A stretch of DNA of 63,991 nucleotides, filler included. It is 8 parts of 8 records of this genome, joined end to end, with 100 filler letters (N's around TTAATTAATTAA, not from the genome) between each part and the next. Parts side by side here need not be neighbours in the genome. Positions count along the whole stretch, not along the records: positions 1 to 15,082 come from SRR31156797_10714; 7 more parts are not named here. One strand, written 5' to 3'. Positions within the stretch are counted from its first letter, which is position 1; every line of letters starts with the position of its first letter. A program made the position numbers and the translations under genes. The notes under the pieces are model-generated. The model was not told the DNA's origin and did no database searches. It worked only from the letters and a program-made list of their open reading frames with translations. Positions 1 through 8,414 of this stretch are shown here, one piece after another.

Positions 1-26
1 TGGGCGAACTGCCGTTAGCCCCTACA
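1..26 (-). repeat. GTAG-type REP hairpin inside the RAYT coding sequence
   Basis: Minus strand TGTAGGGGCTAACGGCAGTTCGCCCA: GTAG followed by a GGGC..GCCC imperfect hairpin; inverted relative to the 316-341 copy. Confidence 0.8.
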
Positions 27-289
27 ATTTCAATTAACAAATGTATGTGATTTGGCATAATAACATAATTATGAATTTTTAATTCCTTCCGAATTTTTTC
101 AGAAATCAAAATTTCATCGTCAACAATTTTCCCGAATTGATTCAAAGACATTATTTTGTTATTAATATTACCAAAGATTTGTTCTTTTTGATACGTACAA
201 AATGTTATAAAATAAATTCCTTCTTTCGAGTAATCATAATTTTTCAATCTAATGGATTTTCTTCTGTGTATATCCGGATTATATTTCAT
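2..289 (-). mobile_element. REP-associated tyrosine (HUH/Y1) transposase, RAYT/TnpA-REP type, 5' part; runs off the window edge
   Basis: Not in the ORF track. Manual translation from ATG 289 (GGGGG SD upstream): MKYNPDIHRRKSIRLKNYDYSKEGIYFITFCTYQKEQIFG...YVIMPNHIHLLIEIVGANGSSP. Has the RxSIRLxxYDY, YFITxCT and MPNHIH (HUH) motifs. Confidence 0.9.
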
Positions 290-315
290 CAATCCCCCTA
301 TATAAAAATAAACCC

Positions 316-341
316 TGTAGGGGCTAGCGGTCGCTCGCCCA
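316..341 (+). repeat. GTAG-type REP hairpin upstream of RAYT
   Basis: TGTAGGGGCTAGCGGTCGCTCGCCCA: GTAG tetranucleotide plus GGGC-T-AGCG/CGCT-C-GCCC hairpin. Confidence 0.8.
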
Positions 342-409
342 AATGAAGTTAACTATTAACTTACACCACCTTCATATCCGCCAAAGTTTACTTGTTTTTT
401 AATAAAAAC

Positions 410-431
410 AGGAAAACCGCATGGTTTTCCT
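410..431 (-). terminator. Probable intrinsic terminator after the MNT-HEPN gene
   Basis: Perfect inverted repeat AGGAAAACC-GCAT-GGTTTTCCT followed by a T-rich tract on the minus strand. Confidence 0.65.
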
Positions 432-461
432 TATGTTGTTGGAGTACTAATAAATTTTAAC

Positions 462-1571
462 TTATTCTAATGTTTCTATCTCCCCTATTTCAAGTCCTGT
501 CATTTCTGAGATAACTTTAATATCCAGACCTTTTTTCAGCATTTTTAGTGCAGTTTCAATATTAGCTTCTTTTTTAATTCCAGCAACTTTCTTCTGCTCT
601 TCAAGTTTTGCACGTTCTCTATCTTCGTAGAAACCATCGATAGATGCATCTGTATTCTTGATTTTTTCTTTCAGTTCATCAGATAGATTATCAATCTGCA
701 TTGAGAAATCAACTATAAATTCTCTACATAAAGTTTCAGCAAGCTTTTGCAGTGTCTTCACTCGCTCAAGCATGTAGTCTAATTCCGCAGATGAGATCAC
801 GTAGTCTTTCTTATATCGCGAATCAATATATGCGTCATTCAGTTTCTTGAATAACTTAGTTTCCTCTTTCGTTCTACAAGGGAACGCTTCTTCGAATTTA
901 GCATTAAGCTCCATTACTCTCTTATGCAGATCAACCAAGTCATGTGATTTAGGTTTGTAATCTGTATAAACCAAATGGATTCCCATAAAAAGGTGCTCAG
1001 TTGTTTGGTGAAGGTGGAAAGCAGCTAAATTATATTCTTTATTTTCATAATAAAAGGCAAATCCTCTAAGAAAACCGTCCGCACTATTAAGCCACTTTTC
1101 ATAGTAGTATCTGGCTTTCATTAACCTTGTATCTTTTGGCAGTTCTGCTGGTGGCGTTTCCACAGCGTATATTCCCGAGTCGTATAGCAAAACCCCTTCA
1201 TTGTATATATCCAGAAAGAAGTAGTTTCGTTCCTTAAGCTCACCATTGAAATAATCGATACCGTGAAAGATAGGACTAAGTCTAGTTTCGATCTCAACAT
1301 TTTGTCTGATTCGTCTAGTAAGTCCTTTAGTCAAAGCTGAAGTTCTGGATAGTTTTTCGTTTTTCATGACAAACAAAAGGTCATAATCACTCTGATACTC
1401 ATACATAGTACCACCTTCATTATATTTGTCCTCTACCCAAGTATCACGAGCATAACTACCGAATAGGATCACCATCTCCACTTCGGTACCCTTTGCAGTT
1501 TTTAGAAACTCGATCATATTATTTAGTTCATTTTGTTTTTCTATTGGTAAATATGTTATTGAAGTCTTCAT
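462..1571 (-). CDS. Minimal nucleotidyltransferase-HEPN fusion protein with Rpn/YhgA-like C-terminal tail
   Basis: ILFGSYAR...SDYDLL (MNT GS..DxD); AFHLHQTTE, KSHDL and AYIDSRY (HEPN); tail ETALKMLKKGLDIKVISEMTGLEIGEIETL. Confidence 0.85.
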   Translation of the reverse strand: MKTSITYLPIEKQNELNNMIEFLKTAKGTEVEMVILFGSYARDTWVEDKYNEGGTMYEYQSDYDLLFVMKNEKLSRTSALTKGLTRRIRQNVEIETRLSPIFHGIDYFNGELKERNYFFLDIYNEGVLLYDSGIYAVETPPAELPKDTRLMKARYYYEKWLNSADGFLRGFAFYYENKEYNLAAFHLHQTTEHLFMGIHLVYTDYKPKSHDLVDLHKRVMELNAKFEEAFPCRTKEETKLFKKLNDAYIDSRYKKDYVISSAELDYMLERVKTLQKLAETLCREFIVDFSMQIDNLSDELKEKIKNTDASIDGFYEDRERAKLEEQKKVAGIKKEANIETALKMLKKGLDIKVISEMTGLEIGEIETLE

Positions 1572-1713
1572 TTATAATACACCCCTAAAATAGTTTATAT
1601 TACTTTATTATTGCATAATTTTATTTTAAATTGATATAGTTATTATAGCTTAGTTGAGTGGATTTTGTATAGGAAATTTATCGTTCTTCCTATGATAGCA
1701 TTTTTCATTTTTC

Positions 1714-4700
1714 TTACTCTTTAATATCTTCTAAAGTAAAATAATAGAGTAAAAAGTTTACGAATTCATTCACTGTTAGTTGAATACTCTTTAGTTGTCT
1801 TATCCACTCTTTAGTTTCATCCAATTTTAATGAAATTTCATCGTTTTCAGAAGAGTTTTTAAGAAATAAATTTGAAGAAATTTGATTAATTAAATCTACC
1901 AAATATTCATAATCTTCATCATTTAAATTTTCTAAAATGTCATCGCAAATATCTACACAAGCAATATAACTTTTCGGAGCTTCTTCAAGTTTATTATTAT
2001 CTATAAAGTCATCTAAAAAGCTTTGATAAATTATCTGACTATCATCATTTGCCTCCAATTTTTCTAAGTTTAAAAATTGTAAAATAAGGTTTAAAGCTAA
2101 AATAAGCTTATTGAAGCTTACATAAAATATATTTATTTCCTTAATTTCTTTACTATAGTCTTCCCATTTTTTAATCTTATAGTTTTTCATAATGTTCTCA
2201 TCTACTTCATCTACGTTTAAATCAAATATGTTAGGTTCATCAAATTTTTCACTTAATAATCTGTGTATCCGAATTTTAAATATTACATTACTTAGAATTT
2301 TCCCTTGAACCAATATTAAAATTTTGAAAAAATTATATTTAGATTCTAAATATAAACATTCAAATTTTTTATCTATATAATTGTATAAAGTATCTTTTAA
2401 CTCTTTAAAGATAAATTCAGGATAGTTTGAGGCTATTAGAAAGTCTTTTGAATTAATTACAATTAATTTTCCCAATTTCTCTTTATCATTTATATCAAAC
2501 ATTCTAATTTTAGTTTCGTCTGTTTCTAAATTCTCTACCTTAGAAAGTATGTTTTTCTCGATTTCTCTTTTTTTCTTTTCTATACTAATACTTGCTTTTT
2601 TTATAATACTGGGAGTTCTAAAGTAATTAGGATTTGTGAATTCAATCCAAAGTTGAAATAAAAGTTCTATTTTTTCCCTTTCTTCTTTTTCAAGAATAAT
2701 TAATTCACCCTTATCAATAAAATTTTTAAATATACTCTTAAATTCTTTTTGAAAATCAGGAATTTCTTTATATAAATCTGCTATATTAATAAAACTCAAA
2801 TGAATTAGTCTTTTAATTTCATCCTCCTCATATATAAGTTTAAAATTTTTATTATCTATAAAATTATAGGTTTGTTGAAAAACATCTTTCGATAAGTTTA
2901 AAAAATTAAATAAGTATGAAGAAATATCATTCAATGCTTTTCTGTAGTTTTCATATTTTTTTATACTCATTTGAGATGAGAGAAGTTCTGTATTCTGCCC
3001 TTCTTTATTGAATCCCCACTTATCAACTATAACAGCAGGAAATAGAAGTTTATCTTGATTTTCTTTCATTACTTTTTTCCATTCTTCTGTAGTAACTATA
3101 TCTCCTAAAATTTTAACTTTTTTCTTATTACTGAAGTGCCGAGAAATCCCTCGTATTAATTTATTAATAACAAACAAATTGTTTTTTCTAATTTCAATAG
3201 CTCTATCTATATATTGTTTCCAAGAATTCAATCGATACTTATACATAATCTTTCCTGAAAAAATAGAGTTTATCTTAACTAACCAAAATATTGGAAGATT
3301 TTTTTTAGGAATATCCTTATCCACTTTATTTGCATGTCTGTAATCTTCAGGTATAATTTCCAATTCATCCCCGTATGTCCGCGAAGAAAAAATTTCTCTG
3401 TCCGGATATATTCTTCTCAAAACTTCTAACTGCTCTATTATTCTACTATATGTATCAGCAGAATTCTCAAATAAATTAATAAGATAATGTGCTTTTATTT
3501 TATTCCCATCATCTTCTAAAATTGGAATATTCCATGATTTTTTTAATTTTGGTAAAAATATTTTTCTGATATCTTTTATAATTTCTAAACCTTTAGGTAA
3601 ATTGCTATAATATAATCCTAAAGATAAATCACCAATATGCTCTATTTCAAAATTTTGAAGCAGATTCTTATTTATAAAATTATCAGGGTCAATTTTTTTA
3701 TTAATCTCTAATTTTCCACTCCAAAACAAGTACTCCCCTAGTTTTGAAATTTCTAAAGAATTATTTATTCTTTCCTTTGGAAGCTTAGTTTCTTTTAAAA
3801 ATTTTATTGCTCCTTTAAAAACTTCTTTTCTACTTGAAGCCAACGTCTTATGCCATGTATCTATCTTTTCTTTTCCCTCTTTATAGTCTTTACCTAATTT
3901 TTCTAAAATATTTATTGATTCAAACTGACCAGTTAAATCAAATCCCAATCCAGAAAATGCAGAAGCACCTACCATTTCTATAACTTCATCAATTGTCTTA
4001 ATATTTATTTCCACAAAATTATTTATTCCAAGCCAAAACAAACTATTTAATACCCCCGTTACACCATTCCAAGAAGTGAATTCAAAAGTATTTAAATTAT
4101 CTAATAACTCTTCGATATCCAAATTATAGAAAAAATAATTCAAAAGATATATTTCCATACTAGACTCATTTAACAACTTAAAACACTTAAAAGCATAATC
4201 TTTTTTTGGTGAATATAGTTCATCAAATAATATTTCTGATAATATTTTTGACCTGATAGGATGTAATCCTTTCAAATAATACTCATCCTCTGTTTTTTGA
4301 ATTAAATATTCCTTTTCTAAAGACTCTATTAAGAATTTAGGTGTTATAAGATTTAGATGTTTTAGCATTTTTCTTATCTCAATTAATCCTCCATATGCAT
4401 CAGAAAGAGCAACTAACTTTAATATTTCTAATTTCTGCTCGTCTTTTTCATCAACAATGCTTTTTTCAATATTATATATTTGTTGTTTTAATCTTTCATA
4501 TAAAGTGTTTCCTTGAGTAATTAGGTATACAAATTCTAATAAAGGTCCTTGTTCGTTAAATTTAATCCATGCTTCTTCAAAGTTTAAAAACATTTCATTT
4601 TGGGTTTTATTATTTAAATTATCATAAATTTTTTCTGCCTCTAATTTTTCCAAGTTTAACTCAATATCAGAAAAAAGTAATTCATAACTACTAATCTCAG

Positions 4701-5850
4701 CTTTCTTCCAATCTTCTTCTCTAATAGTTACCAAAATCTTAATATTAGAAAAATCAACTGAAAGCTCTTTAACAATATTAATCCAATTAGAATTACTTGG
4801 CTCAACATCAATATATAACATTATTGGTAAATTTACCGAATTTGAAATTCCATTTAGAGCATTTATAATTCTCCTTGCTTGCTCTTTATCTTGGATGTTT
4901 AGAACTTTATATGCATAACAACTAGGAATGTTTTCATATAGATATCTATAAGCTAGAGTGCTTTTTCCTTGACCAGAAGCTCCGTGAACAATAACAACAT
5001 TATTTTTTACAAATTGCTTTTTAATTAAATTAGTTTTTTCTTCTCTAACCACATCCAAGTTATTTTTAATATGTTCATACCTAGCAGAAATACCAATATA
5101 AAATTCATCCCTCAATCTCATAATATTTTCTTCTGAATTTTCCATATTAATATAATCTAATGCGTGAAATGATTTTCCGAATTCTTTATGAAAATCTTCA
5201 CGTTCGGTAAGGAATTTACCAATATTAGTTAGCTTTTCTAGTAAATATTTTCTAGTTATAACTTCCTCTTTTTCTGAGACATCATATATCCAATACATTA
5301 GCAATTCAAAAGCAATATCTACATCATAACTAACTAAAGGGTTTTCCTGTAAAATCGTTCTAATCTTTTCTTTTAAATCTTTTTCATTAACCTTTTCTAT
5401 CTCCAAATTGTTGAATATTAATTCCAGAGAGTTTTTTTTATATCCAACATTATACTTAATCATCTTATCAATGATTTTATTACGTTTGATTTTGCATTCA
5501 TTTATCGCATCTTTTAGCTCGACTCCAATCTCACCAAAGCTAACAATTTTAAATAAAGTGTTTGGCGCTTTCTCTATATGAATTTGAGATCTTTGAAAAA
5601 AGGAATCTTTCTTTTTGGGGGAAAATGTTGATAAAGATAAATCGCGTGAATAGTTCTTTACTTGTATTATTTCCTTTAAGTTGTTATCATCATCTAAAAT
5701 TGATAAATCTTCTTCACCTTCTGGCTGAAATTTATAATCTTCTTGCTCGTAAGTTAATATGCGATTTACAATATATAATGTTTGGGTTCTAAAACCTCTG
5801 AAAGCTGCCTCTGCTCCTATATCTGAACTCCTTCTATTATTCTTTGACAT
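1714..5850 (-). CDS. Large PD-(D/E)xK (Cap4/Mrr-like) nuclease-STAND-type P-loop ATPase; candidate Avs/NLR-like anti-phage protein
   Basis: N-terminal GAEAAFRGFRTQ...PEGEED...QVK; Walker A GASGQGKST; Walker B-like MLYIDVE; GPLLEF and LHPIRS motifs; long C-terminal region. Start moved to ATG 5850 (GGAGG SD); the ORF track starts at 5877. Confidence 0.7.
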   Translation of the reverse strand: MSKNNRRSSDIGAEAAFRGFRTQTLYIVNRILTYEQEDYKFQPEGEEDLSILDDDNNLKEIIQVKNYSRDLSLSTFSPKKKDSFFQRSQIHIEKAPNTLFKIVSFGEIGVELKDAINECKIKRNKIIDKMIKYNVGYKKNSLELIFNNLEIEKVNEKDLKEKIRTILQENPLVSYDVDIAFELLMYWIYDVSEKEEVITRKYLLEKLTNIGKFLTEREDFHKEFGKSFHALDYINMENSEENIMRLRDEFYIGISARYEHIKNNLDVVREEKTNLIKKQFVKNNVVIVHGASGQGKSTLAYRYLYENIPSCYAYKVLNIQDKEQARRIINALNGISNSVNLPIMLYIDVEPSNSNWINIVKELSVDFSNIKILVTIREEDWKKAEISSYELLFSDIELNLEKLEAEKIYDNLNNKTQNEMFLNFEEAWIKFNEQGPLLEFVYLITQGNTLYERLKQQIYNIEKSIVDEKDEQKLEILKLVALSDAYGGLIEIRKMLKHLNLITPKFLIESLEKEYLIQKTEDEYYLKGLHPIRSKILSEILFDELYSPKKDYAFKCFKLLNESSMEIYLLNYFFYNLDIEELLDNLNTFEFTSWNGVTGVLNSLFWLGINNFVEINIKTIDEVIEMVGASAFSGLGFDLTGQFESINILEKLGKDYKEGKEKIDTWHKTLASSRKEVFKGAIKFLKETKLPKERINNSLEISKLGEYLFWSGKLEINKKIDPDNFINKNLLQNFEIEHIGDLSLGLYYSNLPKGLEIIKDIRKIFLPKLKKSWNIPILEDDGNKIKAHYLINLFENSADTYSRIIEQLEVLRRIYPDREIFSSRTYGDELEIIPEDYRHANKVDKDIPKKNLPIFWLVKINSIFSGKIMYKYRLNSWKQYIDRAIEIRKNNLFVINKLIRGISRHFSNKKKVKILGDIVTTEEWKKVMKENQDKLLFPAVIVDKWGFNKEGQNTELLSSQMSIKKYENYRKALNDISSYLFNFLNLSKDVFQQTYNFIDNKNFKLIYEEDEIKRLIHLSFINIADLYKEIPDFQKEFKSIFKNFIDKGELIILEKEEREKIELLFQLWIEFTNPNYFRTPSIIKKASISIEKKKREIEKNILSKVENLETDETKIRMFDINDKEKLGKLIVINSKDFLIASNYPEFIFKELKDTLYNYIDKKFECLYLESKYNFFKILILVQGKILSNVIFKIRIHRLLSEKFDEPNIFDLNVDEVDENIMKNYKIKKWEDYSKEIKEINIFYVSFNKLILALNLILQFLNLEKLEANDDSQIIYQSFLDDFIDNNKLEEAPKSYIACVDICDDILENLNDEDYEYLVDLINQISSNLFLKNSSENDEISLKLDETKEWIRQLKSIQLTVNEFVNFLLYYFTLEDIKE

Positions 5851-6011
5851 AATTCCTCCAATATTAAAAAATTTCAATTTAGATACTGATTAACATTAAA
5901 TTGATAGTATTTAGAAAAGTTATAATTTTTTTATTTAAAATGAACTCGTTTTAATTCATCCTGCTGATTAAAATTAGAAAAATAAAATATTTTTTTATAA
6001 TAATAGCTATT

Positions 6012-6788
6012 TTAGTTAGATATTTTACTTTTCAAATAGTCACTAATTAAGGGGTATGTTAGTATAAAACCCAAAAATAAAATAAGTGTACGCAAAATTT
6101 TAAATGTTTTTTCTGAGATTCCCCAAACAGTTACAACATCTATTTTGAATTTAACAACGTTACTAGCATCAACATTAGTTTTTTCGTCATTTAGAAAGAA
6201 AGCGTTATTCTTTAGTGAATAATGTGGTGAGTTAACTATAAACTTTCTTAAATCTAAATCTATTATCTGCTCTAATCCAGTTTTTTTAGGCGAAATATTC
6301 CAAGAAAATAAAATTGGAAATGACGTATTTTTCTTAATTTTTTGTTTTCCATTATTAGGTGTAATATTAAAAACACTCGAATAAAGTAAAATATCGCTTT
6401 CATGTGATACAGTTGAAATATCTCCAGTTTTATCTGTTGATTCTTTAATAATTTCTAATTCAACATGTTGGCTTTTATTATTCTGCATTTTTTTCAAGTA
6501 CTTAATTCTGAAATTATATTTGATTTCAACTTCATTCAAAATATCAACGTTCTCACTTACAGTTTCATTACTTTGATAAAACTGTTGGTAATATAACTGT
6601 GAATAATCATACACTTTTCTTTTATATAGCCTAGAAATTGAAATTGAAGTACTATTGCTGTCAATTGCTTCACCTTTAAATAATATGGCAGAAGTAAAGA
6701 AAAAGAAATTAATTGATACTAAAAAAAATGTTAAACCTATTGAAAAAAATATTTTTTTAATAAATGAATTATTATATGAAATTTTCAC
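6012..6788 (-). CDS. Hypothetical membrane protein with N- and C-terminal TM segments
   Basis: Hydrophobic runs near both ends; likely GTG start at 6788 after a GGAGG SD (ORF track start 6821). Confidence 0.6.
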   Translation of the reverse strand: MKISYNNSFIKKIFFSIGLTFFLVSINFFFFTSAILFKGEAIDSNSTSISISRLYKRKVYDYSQLYYQQFYQSNETVSENVDILNEVEIKYNFRIKYLKKMQNNKSQHVELEIIKESTDKTGDISTVSHESDILLYSSVFNITPNNGKQKIKKNTSFPILFSWNISPKKTGLEQIIDLDLRKFIVNSPHYSLKNNAFFLNDEKTNVDASNVVKFKIDVVTVWGISEKTFKILRTLILFLGFILTYPLISDYLKSKISN

Positions 6789-6881
6789 GATAATCCCTCC
6801 TAAATATTGATTTAATAACAATTTAAAGCTTATTATTTTGGGTACATGAAACTTGTTTGATTAATTAATCCTTGTTAATTT

Positions 6882-7406
6882 TTAATTTTCTATATGATAA
6901 ATTAAGTTATTTGAAATTTTTTTTATTATTTTGGGTAAATACAGAATATAATCATCAAAAGTTGAAGTTTCATCTAAGAATGCTCCATGATAATTATTTA
7001 TAAAGTTATTGATTTTATCCCTTTCTTTTATGTTTATATTCCCTAAAATATCACTCGTGTTATACTCCCATGAGTTAGATAAATGTATAAAAGCACATCC
7101 AAAGTCATATACATTCTTACACCAAGGGTCATATATTTCTTTCGAAATCATTTCAAAATCTGTATATCGTCTTCGATTTGTGTTTTTCCAGACACCATTA
7201 TCAAAAAAATTAATTAATAAATCCTTTTTGACATCAGGATTATCAATATTTTTATAAAATATTACTCTAATATATGAATCCAATTCTTGCCTAATTAGTG
7301 ACAAACAATTACCATAATATTTATTTTTATAAAGTAAGTCAAACGATTTTAAGTTTTCAATACTTCTATCTTTAACAATTCTAAAAAACCTTTCTTCATT
7401 ATTCAT
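6882..7406 (-). CDS. Hypothetical protein, possibly HEPN-like (DUF5677-like)
   Basis: 174-aa ORF with GAGGAG SD; LIRQELDS and VYDFGCAFIH motifs resemble divergent HEPN families. Confidence 0.5.
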   Translation of the reverse strand: MNNEERFFRIVKDRSIENLKSFDLLYKNKYYGNCLSLIRQELDSYIRVIFYKNIDNPDVKKDLLINFFDNGVWKNTNRRRYTDFEMISKEIYDPWCKNVYDFGCAFIHLSNSWEYNTSDILGNINIKERDKINNFINNYHGAFLDETSTFDDYILYLPKIIKKISNNLIYHIEN

Positions 7407-7445
7407 AATTCCACTCTCCTCGTTAAGTATTTATTTCTAACCTAA

Positions 7446-7474
7446 ATTATACACCTTCTCACTATTCTTCACAA
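7446..7474 (-). promoter_or_regulatory. Sigma70-type promoter for the minus-strand island genes
   Basis: TTGTGA-17 bp-TATAAT about 40 bp upstream of ATG 7406. Confidence 0.6.
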
Positions 7475-7683
7475 ATTACAAAAACCTCATATGTAGCAAA
7501 AATCGATGCTATAAACATGTAATAATTAAAAAAATAATAATATTAACATATTTTTCATTATAAACCCACTTATCAATCCAATAATAACACCAAAAAATAA
7601 TTTATACTTTCCCATAAACACGTTGTTCCAATCTATCCTATCTTAATATTCAGTAATAATAATATTCTCCCCATATTCATAAC

Positions 7684-7835
7684 ATATTACTCTTGTTGAA
7701 AGCCTCGAAAAGCAATAAAATTATAGTGCTAGAACTGTTTCAAGACAAAAAAGTCTAATTAAAAACAAAATATTAATATATTGCACAAATTGATAATATA
7801 TTACTCTTGTGGCATTTCTTCAAAAACGCTAAAAT
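7684..7835 (+). promoter_or_regulatory. Two tandem sigma70-like promoters sharing an upstream ATATTACTC element
   Basis: TTGTTG-17-TAAAAT (7693-7721) and TTGTGG-17-TAAAAT (7807-7835), both starting ATATTACTCTTGT; period 114 bp. Confidence 0.5.
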
Positions 7836-8086
7836 TATTTGTAGATATCAGATATCTAACAACATCATCTTATCCTGCTAGGAACTATATATTTTTATTA
7901 GTCTTTTTATATATATTTCTTAGTAGGATTACTCGGATATTTGTATTATGAATTTTTTATTGTGGAGACAGCTACATTGAGCTTTGAATAATTTATTATT
8001 TAGGAAATATTGTTGGTTTCAAGGTTCTTTTGGTTTTATTTTACTTTTATATCTAATCTTAATATATTATTTTTTACAGGAGGAGT

Positions 8087-8301
8087 TAGAACATGAAAAA
8101 AATGATCTTTCTATGCCTTCACCCAAATATGCACAATAGGTTTCTCCTAGACAGGAGAAACCGACAACAAGGGAGGAGGTAGGTTCTTATTACGACTTAC
8201 TACAGATTCTTGCGGCAGATATCCTCTTACAAAAAGAAAACTAGAACATGAAAAAAATGATCTTTTTATACCTTCGCCCAAATATACGCAATAGGTTTCT
8301 C
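8087..8301 (+). repeat. 60-bp direct repeat pair (8087-8146, 8242-8301)
   Basis: 55/60 identical, all five differences transitions; perfect hairpin GGTTTCTCCT-AGAC-AGGAGAAACC at 8139-8162. Confidence 0.9.
8093..8182 (+). CDS. Putative 29-aa peptide MKKMIFLCLHPNMHNRFLLDRRNRQQGRR
   Basis: Strong AGGAGG SD upstream of the ATG; not in the ORF track; translation unproven. Confidence 0.3.
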   Translation: MKKMIFLCLHPNMHNRFLLDRRNRQQGRR

Positions 8302-8414
8302 TCTATACTAGTCTAATCATTATCACAAGGAAATATTCATTCAAAGTAGTATAATATTAACAGGGTGATTGGAAATACTTTGTTAATATAATTTGGTAAA
8401 GAGGAGTTGATAAA

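Noticed and set aside
137-346. 69-aa plus-strand ORF
   Set aside because: Antisense shadow of the RAYT gene and its REP.
5878-7440. Integron cassette array (co-oriented genes with TAAC/GTTA words near gene ends)
   Set aside because: The candidate R''/R' boxes are not complementary, there is no extended attC hairpin or integrase, and such words are expected by chance in AT-rich DNA. IntegronFinder would settle it.
7684-8301. CRISPR array
   Set aside because: Only pairs of repeats, with lengths and spacings outside CRISPR norms, and no cas genes.
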